Source of the DNA: Bacteroidia bacterium
GTDB lineage: Bacteria > Bacteroidota > Bacteroidia > NS11-12g > UBA9320
Length of the DNA: 64,000 nucleotides
Reading direction: 5' to 3'
Assembly: GCA_965216465.1 (NCBI GenBank)
Contig: CBDCFW010000006.1
Span: 1,088,001-1,152,000, forward strand
The position numbers were made by a program, and so were the translations under genes. Shown here piece after piece: positions 18,627 through 27,737 of this stretch. How positions within the stretch are numbered: position 1 is the first letter of the stretch; every line of letters starts with the position of its first letter. Under the pieces are notes generated by a model. The model had not been told where the DNA came from. It searched no databases and worked only from the letters and a program-made list of their open reading frames with translations.

Positions 18627-19868
18627 CTATTTATTGCTTAGTTCGTGCACGAGCTTTTGTAGCTCCTCAATTTGTTTTTGTTGTTTTTCAATTTGTGCTT
18701 GTTGCTCTTGAATGGCTTTGGTAAGTAGAGGGGTCATGCTTCCATAATCTACCATCCACGGGTCTTCATTAACATCTTCACCACCTACTGTAACGGCCTC
18801 AGGATAAACTTTGTGTAATTCTTGGGCAAGAAATCCAGTACAAAGTGTATTTAAAGAATCTGCTTTGAAATTGTAGTCGTAAACTTTTAGCTTCATAACA
18901 TCATTCAGGCCGTAATTTGAAGTTACAATATTTCGTTTTAAGCGTTGATCTGACGTTGAATTGTATTTGATCGAAGTTGAATTATTAACATAAATAGAGC
19001 CAATTTGGGAAGAACCACGGCAAAACCTAATAAACCTGAATCCTGAACCAATAGAGGTGTTTAACCTTTGTAAAGTCAAGAGGTTATAGTGGGTTCCAGA
19101 AATCATACTATTGTCTCCTCCAAGCGATGCTCCGGTTTTAGTATTTGCCGCAGTTCCAACATAAGTACTAAAATCTCCAAGAACTAGCTTGCCATCAACA
19201 TGTAATTTTTCTTTCGGGTTCGTAGTTCCTATTCCAACATTACCGATGTGATCAACAGTTAGTCTATTGGAGTTGTTAGTTAAAAAACGAATTCTACCGT
19301 TTGTATTGTCATTGGTCATGACTATATCTTGCGTAGATGTAGTATTAAATCCAATTAGACCAGCTCTGTCCCCATTTTGATCCTCAAACCTGATATTAGC
19401 AATATACCCATTTGAATTTAACGTCGCATCTCCATCTTGCAAGGTTAACGTTGCGGAGGAGCTTCCTTTGGCATGTATGTTTGATGAAGGACTTGTGGTG
19501 CCAATACCAATCTTGCCCAAATGATAAACATTTTCGGTGTTTGAAACAGACCCTGTCATGTTTGTTGCTGAATACCACGGTTCATTTTCATTGGTAACTA
19601 AAGAGTACCAGTTGTTGCCGTCAAAGCGTTGCAGGCATGAGTCGGTGGTGTTGTACACAATGTGGCCAGCAATCCAACCTGTTTGAGTGTTGATTTGTGC
19701 TGTTGATAGTCGCGGCAATAGAATTGCTTTGTCTGTAGATTCTAGCTCTAGAATTGATCTTGAATTTGTTGTAGTGGGGTTGTCTCCAACCTTAATCTGT
19801 GCAGAGGCCTGGCCAATGCAAGTAAGCAGAAGTATACATGTAAGTATACGATTAGTAACGTTTTTCAT
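18627..19868 (-). CDS. Secreted tail-fibre-like protein with C-terminal peptidase S74 intramolecular chaperone
   Basis: Signal peptide, GKIGIGTTSP/GNVGIGTTNP repeats, SDQRLKRNI autocleavage motif, GFLAQE..YPEAV, VDYG...LTKAIQEQQ coiled coil. Confidence 0.85.
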   Translation of the reverse strand: MKNVTNRILTCILLLTCIGQASAQIKVGDNPTTTNSRSILELESTDKAILLPRLSTAQINTQTGWIAGHIVYNTTDSCLQRFDGNNWYSLVTNENEPWYSATNMTGSVSNTENVYHLGKIGIGTTSPSSNIHAKGSSSATLTLQDGDATLNSNGYIANIRFEDQNGDRAGLIGFNTTSTQDIVMTNDNTNGRIRFLTNNSNRLTVDHIGNVGIGTTNPKEKLHVDGKLVLGDFSTYVGTAANTKTGASLGGDNSMISGTHYNLLTLQRLNTSIGSGFRFIRFCRGSSQIGSIYVNNSTSIKYNSTSDQRLKRNIVTSNYGLNDVMKLKVYDYNFKADSLNTLCTGFLAQELHKVYPEAVTVGGEDVNEDPWMVDYGSMTPLLTKAIQEQQAQIEKQQKQIEELQKLVHELSNK

Positions 19869-20031
19869 TGTATAGAAATTTTAATATTTACAATTGAATG
19901 TGCTGCCTCAATTTGTGGGGTATTCTCCCAAAAAAAGTTTATCACACTTAAGCAAGGGCGATGCAACTGTGATTAGGAGGAACTCACAAATCGAAACAGG
20001 CCACAAAAGTCAAGTTCGATTGTGTGTCTGC

Positions 20032-20100
20032 TTGTAGTAAAAGAAGCAAATGATTGTAGAAATATTTCTACAAGAATGAGAACTAAAAATTTTACTACAA
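20032..20100. promoter_or_regulatory. Nested palindromic operator in a divergent promoter
   Basis: Perfect 20-bp palindrome TTGTAGAAATATTTCTACAA (20054-20073) flanked by inverted pair TTGTAGTAAAA (20032-20042) and TTTTACTACAA (20090-20100). Confidence 0.7.
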
Positions 20101-20142
20101 ATCATGCGTTTCAAGCATAGTAGTTTTGAACCCACTTAACGC

Positions 20143-20814
20143 ATGTTAAAATCAAAACAAAACAAAGTGAGTCAATCTAAAGCACCACCGCAATCGGGAT
20201 TGAAAATTCTTGTTGCCGATGATCACGACCTAATTAGAAAAGGCGTTTCACATACGCTGATAAATAAATTTCCCGACGCTCAAATCTACTTTGCTTCAGA
20301 CTTCGAAGAGGTTTATAGTAAGATAAAAAATACAGCATTTGATCTGCTGATTACTGACCTTAACATGGGTCCGAAGAATATATTGACATGCGTTACAAAA
20401 GTCGTTAAGCTTGATGCAGAACTTAAAATTTTGGTGTATTCAATGTCGCCTTCTGAACATTTAGCTTTACGGCTTATTCGTCTGGGAGCTAAAGGTTATG
20501 TGAACAAAGGCAGTTCAATTGATGTGCTAAGCAAGGCTATAGATGAAGTAGTCTTAGGAAATGTATTTGGAGAGCGGAGCTTAATTAGAATCGTCTTAGA
20601 CGACAATGAGAATCTGCTTGATCGGTTAAACGACCGTGAGTTTGAGATGTTTTTACTCTTTGCAAATGGCTGTACCACTAAGGAGGTAGCAGATTTTTTC
20701 TTTTTACATCCCTCATCCATCAGTAATTATAAAACAAAAATTTTCAAAAAATTAGAGCTCCGTAATGTGGTTGAGCTTACCCTTCTAGCCGTAGAGCAGG
20801 GATTGATTCTGTAG
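20143..20814 (+). CDS. NarL/LuxR-family response regulator (no adjacent kinase)
   Basis: VADDH receiver, LITDLNM phospho-Asp, GAKGYVNK, LNDREFE...KIFKKL HTH. Confidence 0.9.
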   Translation: MLKSKQNKVSQSKAPPQSGLKILVADDHDLIRKGVSHTLINKFPDAQIYFASDFEEVYSKIKNTAFDLLITDLNMGPKNILTCVTKVVKLDAELKILVYSMSPSEHLALRLIRLGAKGYVNKGSSIDVLSKAIDEVVLGNVFGERSLIRIVLDDNENLLDRLNDREFEMFLLFANGCTTKEVADFFFLHPSSISNYKTKIFKKLELRNVVELTLLAVEQGLIL

Positions 20815-20853
20815 CATTTTTGCCTTAGTTTAAGGTGGTTTTAGTCTATACCT

Positions 20854-23800
20854 CTAATGTTTCGTAAAGCGTTTTACAACAACCCCTTTTTCTGTGTGCA
20901 GTTGCACGAAATAGACCCCAGGAGAAAGTCTTGAAATGTCAAGAGAACGATTAGTTAATGGAATTTTTAGTTCTTGACCGCTTACCGAAAAGCACTTAAT
21001 TTCATTGAGCTTGATGTTTGAATGAATGTTCAATTTGCTCATTGCTGGGTTAGGATACAACTTCATAGTCCTGGCCAACTCATTTATACCTGTAGATTGC
21101 TCAACGGTTACCTTCACGGTATAGTTCTTAGTGCTTCCATCTTGAGCGGTCACCTTGTAAACTACGTTCTTCGTGAAATTGTTGCTCGTTACCCCGCTGG
21201 TTTGAACAGTAGAACCTACCCGAACAATGGCATCTGAACTGTATGTAAAGGTCGGCACCAATTGTGTTAGACTTGTTCCAGCTGGAAGTTGAATTGTTAT
21301 GTTAGTTCCCGAAATGGTAGCCGGAGTTTCTTCTACCGTTGGAAATGCAAAACTTAAAATATCTTTCTCAGAGTTGAGCAAGTTTCTCGTTCCATTGGCA
21401 TACCAAACACCCCATTTCCCATCGGCAATTAGTACGGAAGCGTTTACGGGTTTCGGATTGATTTTGTCAGCATCAAGTTCCTGTACAGCAATAACATCAT
21501 CTCCACCTTGAGTTGCTGCATCAAAAATAATCTTGTCGTCCTTATTCGAATAGTTTGGATACCCAAGTTTGCTATGAGAAAAAATGGTTTCCGTTTCGTT
21601 GTTTAAGGTATTGGTTCCCAAAACAGCATAGCTTGCCGAATTAACATCGATGTAGTCGAAAGCTACAATATAAGGACTGTTTTTGGAGTATGTTGCATTT
21701 CCTATACTCACCCCGTCTGGAAGTTGAGTGAACAGCTTCTCAACCTTTCCATCTCCCCAATTGTCGCCAACCAGATCCCAAACACGAATCACTCCTACAT
21801 CCCAATATTCAATATCTGCTCCGGATCCATTCTCAATTACATTTCTCGCATCGTAAAGCACATATTGTCCAGTATTATCAAATTCAATGGCATCTGCAAA
21901 AAGCACGTTTCCGCCATTAACCCCTTCAGTATAGGTTGGATTATACAGCTTAAATTGCTTAAACTGAGATAACTCAAAATTGTAAACCCATATCGATGAG
22001 TCGATGTCCGTCGATATCAGGGCAAGCAAATTGCCATCTTTTGAAACTGCGACATTATCCCATGGGTCAGTGCTAATCACAGATTCTGTGTAAGGTGATG
22101 ATAAAATAATACGATGCAATTCATCTGCACTACTTACATAGTACATCACTGCACCATCATCTGTAATACTGGCCTTACGTTTGGGAGTTTTTGTGCTTAA
22201 TGCAATCCAACCATCAGGTGTAGTCGTGCTTTTATAAAAGGTGTTGGGATCTGAAGGGTTGATATCTACACTGATAATATTTTCTGTTCCTGGATTGGTT
22301 GGTAAATCAGTTCCAGAACCCGTACTTCCGCCTCCTCCTGATCCAGCATTTGGATCGAAAATTTGAACCTCGTCGAATGCAGATTTAATAGCATTTACTT
22401 CTGCAGTACCAAACAAATCATCAGCAGATTTTTCTACAGCATAACGCAGGTCTAAAAACTGCGACTGAGAAGTAAGGTAAACTACAAGTGCACGGTAGTA
22501 AATCTTCTCAGCTTTGTCTTTGCCTATAGCAGTTGCAATTAGATAGTAAGCACGATTAACAATACCGCTATTGATGTGAACACCATAGTTGTCAGCCGAG
22601 CCGGTATAGTATTCACTCATTTCTTCCGGTTGATAACCTCGATCGCTTAAACTGTTTCCTCCGTTGTGTGGATTTTGAAGATTTCGCAGTGCACCACTAG
22701 GGAAGACAGAAGTATTTACCACATCTTCTCCCATTTTCCAGTCGTCGCGATCAATCATCGCACCAAAAATGTCAGCCATACTTTCATTTATAGCTCCGCT
22801 TTGCCCTTCGTATTCCAAATTTGCTGAATTGGAAACAACTCCGTGAGTTAACTCGTGTCCGGCTACATCCAAAGCTCCTGCTAACGGTTTAAACGAAGTA
22901 CCTCCATTGCCATAAAACATTGCTTGGCCATTCCAATAAGCATTTGCCAAACTGCTGCCATCATCGTCTGAAGTGTTTACAACTGAAATTATTGTTCCTC
23001 CAGAGCCATTAATGCTGTTTCGATTGTGGGTGTTTTTGAAATAGTCGAAAGCAAGGCCCGCGTTGTAATGTGCAGACACCGAACTTTTATCACTCCAGGT
23101 GTTGTCAGAACTGGTAACATTAAATATTTCCGTTGCAGGACTATTGTCAGCGTCAATGGTCCAAATTGCTCCTACAGGATCATTAGGTATGCTGCTTTGT
23201 CCAGAGTTAAACATCGATTTGGTAGCATCTATCAGGTAGTATGTGCTTCCTTTTTGGTAAGTGTTAATGCTTCTCGATACATTATTAAGATCGGTGGCAT
23301 TGGCAGTTTTAGGTCCGTCTACGCTGCAAAGCTGATCGAGAACTTTTAACACATCTCCATTTATTGCATCAACCCAAACTTTATAATAATGAAGGTCAGT
23401 AGGTCTAATTTCAACCAAATAAACCAATTGAGGATTCAATCCACCTGCTAAGTTAAAATCAATCACCAATTCAACATCTGAATCGTAATCTAGCATTGAA
23501 AGTGCTTCTGAATGATGAGCATGAGGGTGAAGTTTATGCCCTACTTTCTCAGCAACTGACAATGCAGAAGCTTCATCAATTTTTGCTTCTGTCTCACAAT
23601 TAATGCTGGGGTAAATTCTTCCATTTGCAGCATACACGGTATTGTTGTTGCTATGGATAATCCATTCTCCACCTTTAACTTTTACATGTTTGAAATACTG
23701 GTGATACCGGTTGTGGATATGCCCTAAGTCATCCGACTTACTATCTGTTTTTACTAGTCTTGAATGCTCATTCCAGCTGAATAAGGTTGGAAGGTCAGCC

Positions 23801-24129
23801 TCTACTTTTTCTACAGAATAATTATCATCAATTTGGGATTCACCAAACCCGCCTGTAGGCTCAGGAGCGTACACTTCCAGCCAAATAGGCAGTCCTAGAT
23901 CTGTACTGTACTTTAATCTATAGCTTATCAAGCCAGCTGTTTGAGTAACCAATGTGGTCCATGTATTGGCTTGAAAATAACTTGATGAGTTTGTGTTTCT
24001 TCCATCAATTACCTCGGCTTCAAACGATTTTGGTTGATTGTTTGGTTTTTTAATACTACGCTCACTAAATGGGTTTTGGCCAAAGGCAAGCACAGGAAGA
24101 AACAAGAAGAGTGTAATAAGTTTTTTCAT
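20854..24129 (-). CDS. M4 (thermolysin/bacillolysin) metalloprotease, T9SS cargo
   Basis: Signal peptide from 24129 (MKKLITLF), FTP/PepSY-like propeptide, NAYWNG, GHELTHG (HExxH), GAINES, GVHINSG; propeller-like and Ig-like domains; YPNP...LSPGVYFV...RFTK CTD. Confidence 0.93.
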   Translation of the reverse strand: MKKLITLFLFLPVLAFGQNPFSERSIKKPNNQPKSFEAEVIDGRNTNSSSYFQANTWTTLVTQTAGLISYRLKYSTDLGLPIWLEVYAPEPTGGFGESQIDDNYSVEKVEADLPTLFSWNEHSRLVKTDSKSDDLGHIHNRYHQYFKHVKVKGGEWIIHSNNNTVYAANGRIYPSINCETEAKIDEASALSVAEKVGHKLHPHAHHSEALSMLDYDSDVELVIDFNLAGGLNPQLVYLVEIRPTDLHYYKVWVDAINGDVLKVLDQLCSVDGPKTANATDLNNVSRSINTYQKGSTYYLIDATKSMFNSGQSSIPNDPVGAIWTIDADNSPATEIFNVTSSDNTWSDKSSVSAHYNAGLAFDYFKNTHNRNSINGSGGTIISVVNTSDDDGSSLANAYWNGQAMFYGNGGTSFKPLAGALDVAGHELTHGVVSNSANLEYEGQSGAINESMADIFGAMIDRDDWKMGEDVVNTSVFPSGALRNLQNPHNGGNSLSDRGYQPEEMSEYYTGSADNYGVHINSGIVNRAYYLIATAIGKDKAEKIYYRALVVYLTSQSQFLDLRYAVEKSADDLFGTAEVNAIKSAFDEVQIFDPNAGSGGGGSTGSGTDLPTNPGTENIISVDINPSDPNTFYKSTTTPDGWIALSTKTPKRKASITDDGAVMYYVSSADELHRIILSSPYTESVISTDPWDNVAVSKDGNLLALISTDIDSSIWVYNFELSQFKQFKLYNPTYTEGVNGGNVLFADAIEFDNTGQYVLYDARNVIENGSGADIEYWDVGVIRVWDLVGDNWGDGKVEKLFTQLPDGVSIGNATYSKNSPYIVAFDYIDVNSASYAVLGTNTLNNETETIFSHSKLGYPNYSNKDDKIIFDAATQGGDDVIAVQELDADKINPKPVNASVLIADGKWGVWYANGTRNLLNSEKDILSFAFPTVEETPATISGTNITIQLPAGTSLTQLVPTFTYSSDAIVRVGSTVQTSGVTSNNFTKNVVYKVTAQDGSTKNYTVKVTVEQSTGINELARTMKLYPNPAMSKLNIHSNIKLNEIKCFSVSGQELKIPLTNRSLDISRLSPGVYFVQLHTEKGVVVKRFTKH

Positions 24130-24130
24130 A

Positions 24131-24574
24131 TCAGTTAGATGTTTTTTGGATGGATGATAATGTGTTTTTATAAAAGTCGAGTATCGCTTGAGGGGGCTTG
24201 TTCGTGTTCGACCATGCAATTTTTTTATCGTTGTTTTTCGTTTTTAATCGAATGTAGTAATTGACGTTGCCTGCTACTTTAGATTCTGAAGGTGCAGAAT
24301 CCATAGATTCAATAGTTTTGACCATGGCTTTAAATTCTTTGCGTGTTTGTTTCTCAAGAGCTTCACCTATAACCTTAGAAGTGTCCCCTAAAAATGTTTC
24401 GCTTTTAATGATTTGACCATTAGAATAGAAGTAGTATGTAGTAGCGGTAGCGGCAAAACCTCCGCTTTTTCCCATCTCAATAAGCTGGGTTGAAGGATTC
24501 TCAATTGAATACTTGTTTGAATTACACTGGGTAAAGAAGAACAGAGGCAAAAGAGCAAATAATAGCTTTCTCAT
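24131..24574 (-). CDS. Lipoprotein with emfourin-like (M4 inhibitor-like) pattern
   Basis: Lipobox-like TQC, IEMGKSGGFAA motif, YYIRL..W....PP; stop 1 nt before the protease start. Confidence 0.55.
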   Translation of the reverse strand: MRKLLFALLPLFFFTQCNSNKYSIENPSTQLIEMGKSGGFAATATTYYFYSNGQIIKSETFLGDTSKVIGEALEKQTRKEFKAMVKTIESMDSAPSESKVAGNVNYYIRLKTKNNDKKIAWSNTNKPPQAILDFYKNTLSSIQKTSN

Positions 24575-24889
24575 CTGGTCAAAGATAGAAAAGAAGAGCT
24601 ACCCGTTTATGTCATATTTTAAAAGACTAAATGAAGTGTCTTAAAAACTGTCTTTATTTAATTAATGATTCTCGTTCACCTCGAAAATAACTTCGGTATA
24701 GCTTCGAATTTATCGAGGGAATGCATCACCCAAAAGCCTAAAAAATATCTGACAATTAATTGATTATATGGCACATCGTTGAATTGAATTCGACTCATTG
24801 CCATTTCCTGAAATGGGTAACTGACTTGCACCATTGGTTTTGTTGATTCGTTAAAAATGTGTTAAACTTGGGCAACCAAAAGTTCAAAC

Positions 24890-25348
24890 ATGAAAACCAA
24901 TTTATCAATTTGGGTGTGCTTGATGGTTATGCTAGCCTCCTGTAACACCACTTACCGATCTAAGAGTTCCGATTATCAAAATATTACAAAAAGTAATATC
25001 GTTCAAGTACCCAAAATAGCCGATTTTGAGGTGAAACCTGAAAAGGTATCTGGTGAGTACTCTGGATTGTACAAGAAGAAAAAACATTTTACTTATTTAC
25101 GTGTAGCTAAAGAATTAGCCCTTGGCAATGCAATTTCAAATGCGAAGTGCGACTTTTTAATTCACCCACTGTACGACATTGAAATAATGGGTAAGAAAAT
25201 TTATGTTAATGTTACTGGCTATCCGGCCAATTACACCAACTTCAAAACATTTGAATTAGCAGATACAATATATGTGCAACACCAGCTGGTAATTCCAGCC
25301 ACCACCAATGTTAAAGTATTGTCACCTATTTCTCGAATCAGACGATGA
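24890..25348 (+). CDS. Lipoprotein of unknown function (paralog 1)
   Basis: LASC lipobox; RSKSSDYQNITK and CDFLIHPLYD shared with the next gene. Confidence 0.75.
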   Translation: MKTNLSIWVCLMVMLASCNTTYRSKSSDYQNITKSNIVQVPKIADFEVKPEKVSGEYSGLYKKKKHFTYLRVAKELALGNAISNAKCDFLIHPLYDIEIMGKKIYVNVTGYPANYTNFKTFELADTIYVQHQLVIPATTNVKVLSPISRIRR

Positions 25349-25896
25349 GGGCCTTTTTAATAAAAGTGTTTGTTATAACCGTTCTATTTAGTTCCTGCTC
25401 GACTTCCTTCAGGAGCAAGAGTTCTGACTATCAAAATATTACAAAAACCAATGTGGTGCAGATGCCAAAGTATGCAGAATACACTGTTGGAAATAAGGTA
25501 GTTGGGTCATATAAAACTGAGTTTGCTAAGAAAGAACGATTAAGCATTGTTAAAACTGCAAAAGATTTTGCCTTGGCCAACGCTATTGAATCGGCAGGCT
25601 GTGATTTTTTAGTACACCCCTTGTATGATGTTACCATTATTGGTAGATTCATAGAAGTTCAGGTTGAAGGCTATTCTGCGAACTATGTTGAGTTTAGAGA
25701 TGTGGAGCTAAAAGACACCATTTTCTCAGAAGTCAATAATGTGGTTCTTCAATCGGATCAGGGAACCGTAACAGGCAAAAGAGATAAGTTGACCCCAAAG
25801 CAAATGAAGAGAAGAAAAGTTCTTAAAATTTTAGGAATCACCTATTTAACTGGGGCGGTTGTTGCAGGTGTTATACGATTAACTGCAAGTCCATAG
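25345..25896 (+). CDS. Lipoprotein of unknown function (paralog 2) with C-terminal hydrophobic tail
   Basis: FSSC lipobox; RSKSSDYQNITK, CDFLVHPLYD; ATGA overlap with paralog 1. Confidence 0.75.
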   Translation: MRAFLIKVFVITVLFSSCSTSFRSKSSDYQNITKTNVVQMPKYAEYTVGNKVVGSYKTEFAKKERLSIVKTAKDFALANAIESAGCDFLVHPLYDVTIIGRFIEVQVEGYSANYVEFRDVELKDTIFSEVNNVVLQSDQGTVTGKRDKLTPKQMKRRKVLKILGITYLTGAVVAGVIRLTASP

Positions 25897-25965
25897 AGGT
25901 TTTCTTTGTGCAGTTTAAACTATGCCAGCAGAATTTTAACCCAAGTAGAGACTAATAGATTTAAT

Positions 25966-25973
25966 TATATTTG
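25966..25973 (+). promoter_or_regulatory. Bacteroidota sigma70 -7 element for the tssG operon
   Basis: TATATTTG matches TAnnTTTG, 8 nt before ATG 25982. Confidence 0.6.
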
Positions 25974-25981
25974 AGAAGAAC

Positions 25982-26875
25982 ATGTCTACAGAGATTCATA
26001 ATTACAAACTTGATAAGCGTCTTGATTTACGCACCGAGGTTTTAATTGAACGTTTAATTTTTCATTCTGAGACATCATACCTTGAAGCTGTTGAGCAGGT
26101 AAAGTTTAATCACCTTGGAGTTAAGAAGCGTGCGTTTAGGACCGAGATTGAAGCAATTAAGTACAATCACGATGATGAAGAGCTATTGGTTGGAATTAAC
26201 CGAACCAGTATATATGATCAACTTCCTGAGGTGCTGTTTCATTCTCCAAAGGTCAAGAATGATCACAACTTGAATTCGATCAAAGAAGAGTTTCAAAAAC
26301 TTAAACGCGAGGAGAAACAAGCGCGTTTGTTCTTTAGTCCATTTGATAACGAGCTTACTTTTGCATTAACTTATAATCAATTAGTTGCTCAGCAAAACGA
26401 GTCATTAGAGTTGATGAAGAAAATATGGAGTCTTCCAAATCATTTCAGTCAATCTCAAAAGCAAGCGTTTTGGAAATTCATGCCATACTTGAGGTACATT
26501 CGAGGGAACGAAGCGAATATTGAAGAGTACCTCAGCTGCACGCTTGGAGCAGCTGTGACACTCTCTTTCAGTGACAGAAAAATGGGCGATGCTACTAAAA
26601 ATACAGAACCAACATTGGGCGGAGATTTTACTCTACTGGGTCCGTTAACAGCTCCTGGAAAACAAGTAAATGTTAAGTTTATGCAACCTGATAATTGGGT
26701 AGTAACAAGCATGTATAAGTCATCTGACCTCATGAAAACTTTGGAATACTTAGTTGATCTTGTGCTTCCAGCTGACCTCTTTTTGAATGTTCTGTGTGAT
26801 GAACCGGCACAAAAATTACAAGAAATTGGCGTTGACGAAAATGCTGGTATATTAGGATTTTCCCTTTATATTTGA
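25982..26875 (+). CDS. tssG: T6SS-iii baseplate subunit TssG
   Basis: DLRTEV, NRTSIYDQLPEVLFH, EEKQARLFFSPFD motifs of Bacteroidota TssG; T6SS context. Confidence 0.8.
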   Translation: MSTEIHNYKLDKRLDLRTEVLIERLIFHSETSYLEAVEQVKFNHLGVKKRAFRTEIEAIKYNHDDEELLVGINRTSIYDQLPEVLFHSPKVKNDHNLNSIKEEFQKLKREEKQARLFFSPFDNELTFALTYNQLVAQQNESLELMKKIWSLPNHFSQSQKQAFWKFMPYLRYIRGNEANIEEYLSCTLGAAVTLSFSDRKMGDATKNTEPTLGGDFTLLGPLTAPGKQVNVKFMQPDNWVVTSMYKSSDLMKTLEYLVDLVLPADLFLNVLCDEPAQKLQEIGVDENAGILGFSLYI

Positions 26876-26897
26876 CTACTTACCTATTAATTTATTC

Positions 26898-27737
26898 ATG
26901 AATATTGCTCTAATAATTACTGTATCTATTCTCTTAATAGCCTCTGTAGTTGTTTTTCTCACAGGAGAAGCAAACAATTTCTCTGTAAAAAGATTCAAAT
27001 ATCTTATAATGGCCTTGTTGTTGGGTCTTGGTTTCAGTCTGTTTTGGTTAATTCCAAGTTTCACTGATATCTCCGTTTCACTTACTTATCGTATTATTCA
27101 AGTTTTGGTGCTAATCTTTGGAATTTGGGCAGTTAAGTTTGGCTTTAGGTCACGCTTCGAGAATTTCCAAAGACTGACCTTGTCTACCCTATCTATCGCG
27201 GGAATTGCAATTAGCTCTGCCTGGCTTTTTGGAGCAGTCTTTATGCAAGTGTTCACAGATTTGGATCTTTCATTTTTTGCAGGTACGAGTTATGTGGTTG
27301 GATTTTTCCCTGTGCTGTTCGTGCTTGGTTTTGAAAATCAATTAGAAATTCCTGAACCCTATTTCAAATTCTTCGAATGGCCCGATGGCACAAATCCGAT
27401 TGACCGAGATTATGTTGACATGGATAACGTTGCCATTATTTCGATAGAATACACTTATAGTGAGGAAGATAGAGAATATACTGAAGTGCAATTCAAAGCA
27501 CCATTCGATTACCTATTAAAAGATTACTTCTATGATTTTGTTATCGAAATGAACGATAATGATCATGAAATAGCATATACCGACAGTGAAGGAGATTTTT
27601 ATAAGTGGCTCTTTTACGTTAAACCACGAAAATTTTGGGAGTCTAAACGATTTTTAGATCCTGATAAAAGTTTGATAGATAATAACATACAAGAATATTG
27701 TACAATCGTTTTTGAACGATTCAAAGAAGAAATATGA
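26898..27737 (+). CDS. tssN: T6SS-iii membrane complex protein TssN
   Basis: About 5 TM helices then IPEP..K...KAP...F...N...I...W.FY.K...LDPDKSL.DN.I.E cytoplasmic domain. Confidence 0.85.
   Translation: MNIALIITVSILLIASVVVFLTGEANNFSVKRFKYLIMALLLGLGFSLFWLIPSFTDISVSLTYRIIQVLVLIFGIWAVKFGFRSRFENFQRLTLSTLSIAGIAISSAWLFGAVFMQVFTDLDLSFFAGTSYVVGFFPVLFVLGFENQLEIPEPYFKFFEWPDGTNPIDRDYVDMDNVAIISIEYTYSEEDREYTEVQFKAPFDYLLKDYFYDFVIEMNDNDHEIAYTDSEGDFYKWLFYVKPRKFWESKRFLDPDKSLIDNNIQEYCTIVFERFKEEI

Noticed and set aside
18627-19868. Tail-fibre/S74 gene as a prophage remnant
   Set aside because: It has a Sec signal peptide, a terminator and a regulator context with no neighbouring phage genes; such proteins are common cellular genes in Bacteroidota
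24130-24219. 30-aa N-terminal extension of the M4 protease in the ORF track
   Set aside because: It overlaps the upstream lipoprotein gene; the signal peptide starts at ATG 24129
24670-24820. Hairpins CCTCGA/TCGAGG and CCATTTC/GAAATGG in the divergent intergenic region
   Set aside because: Short stems, no U-tract and no recognisable riboswitch or sRNA motif
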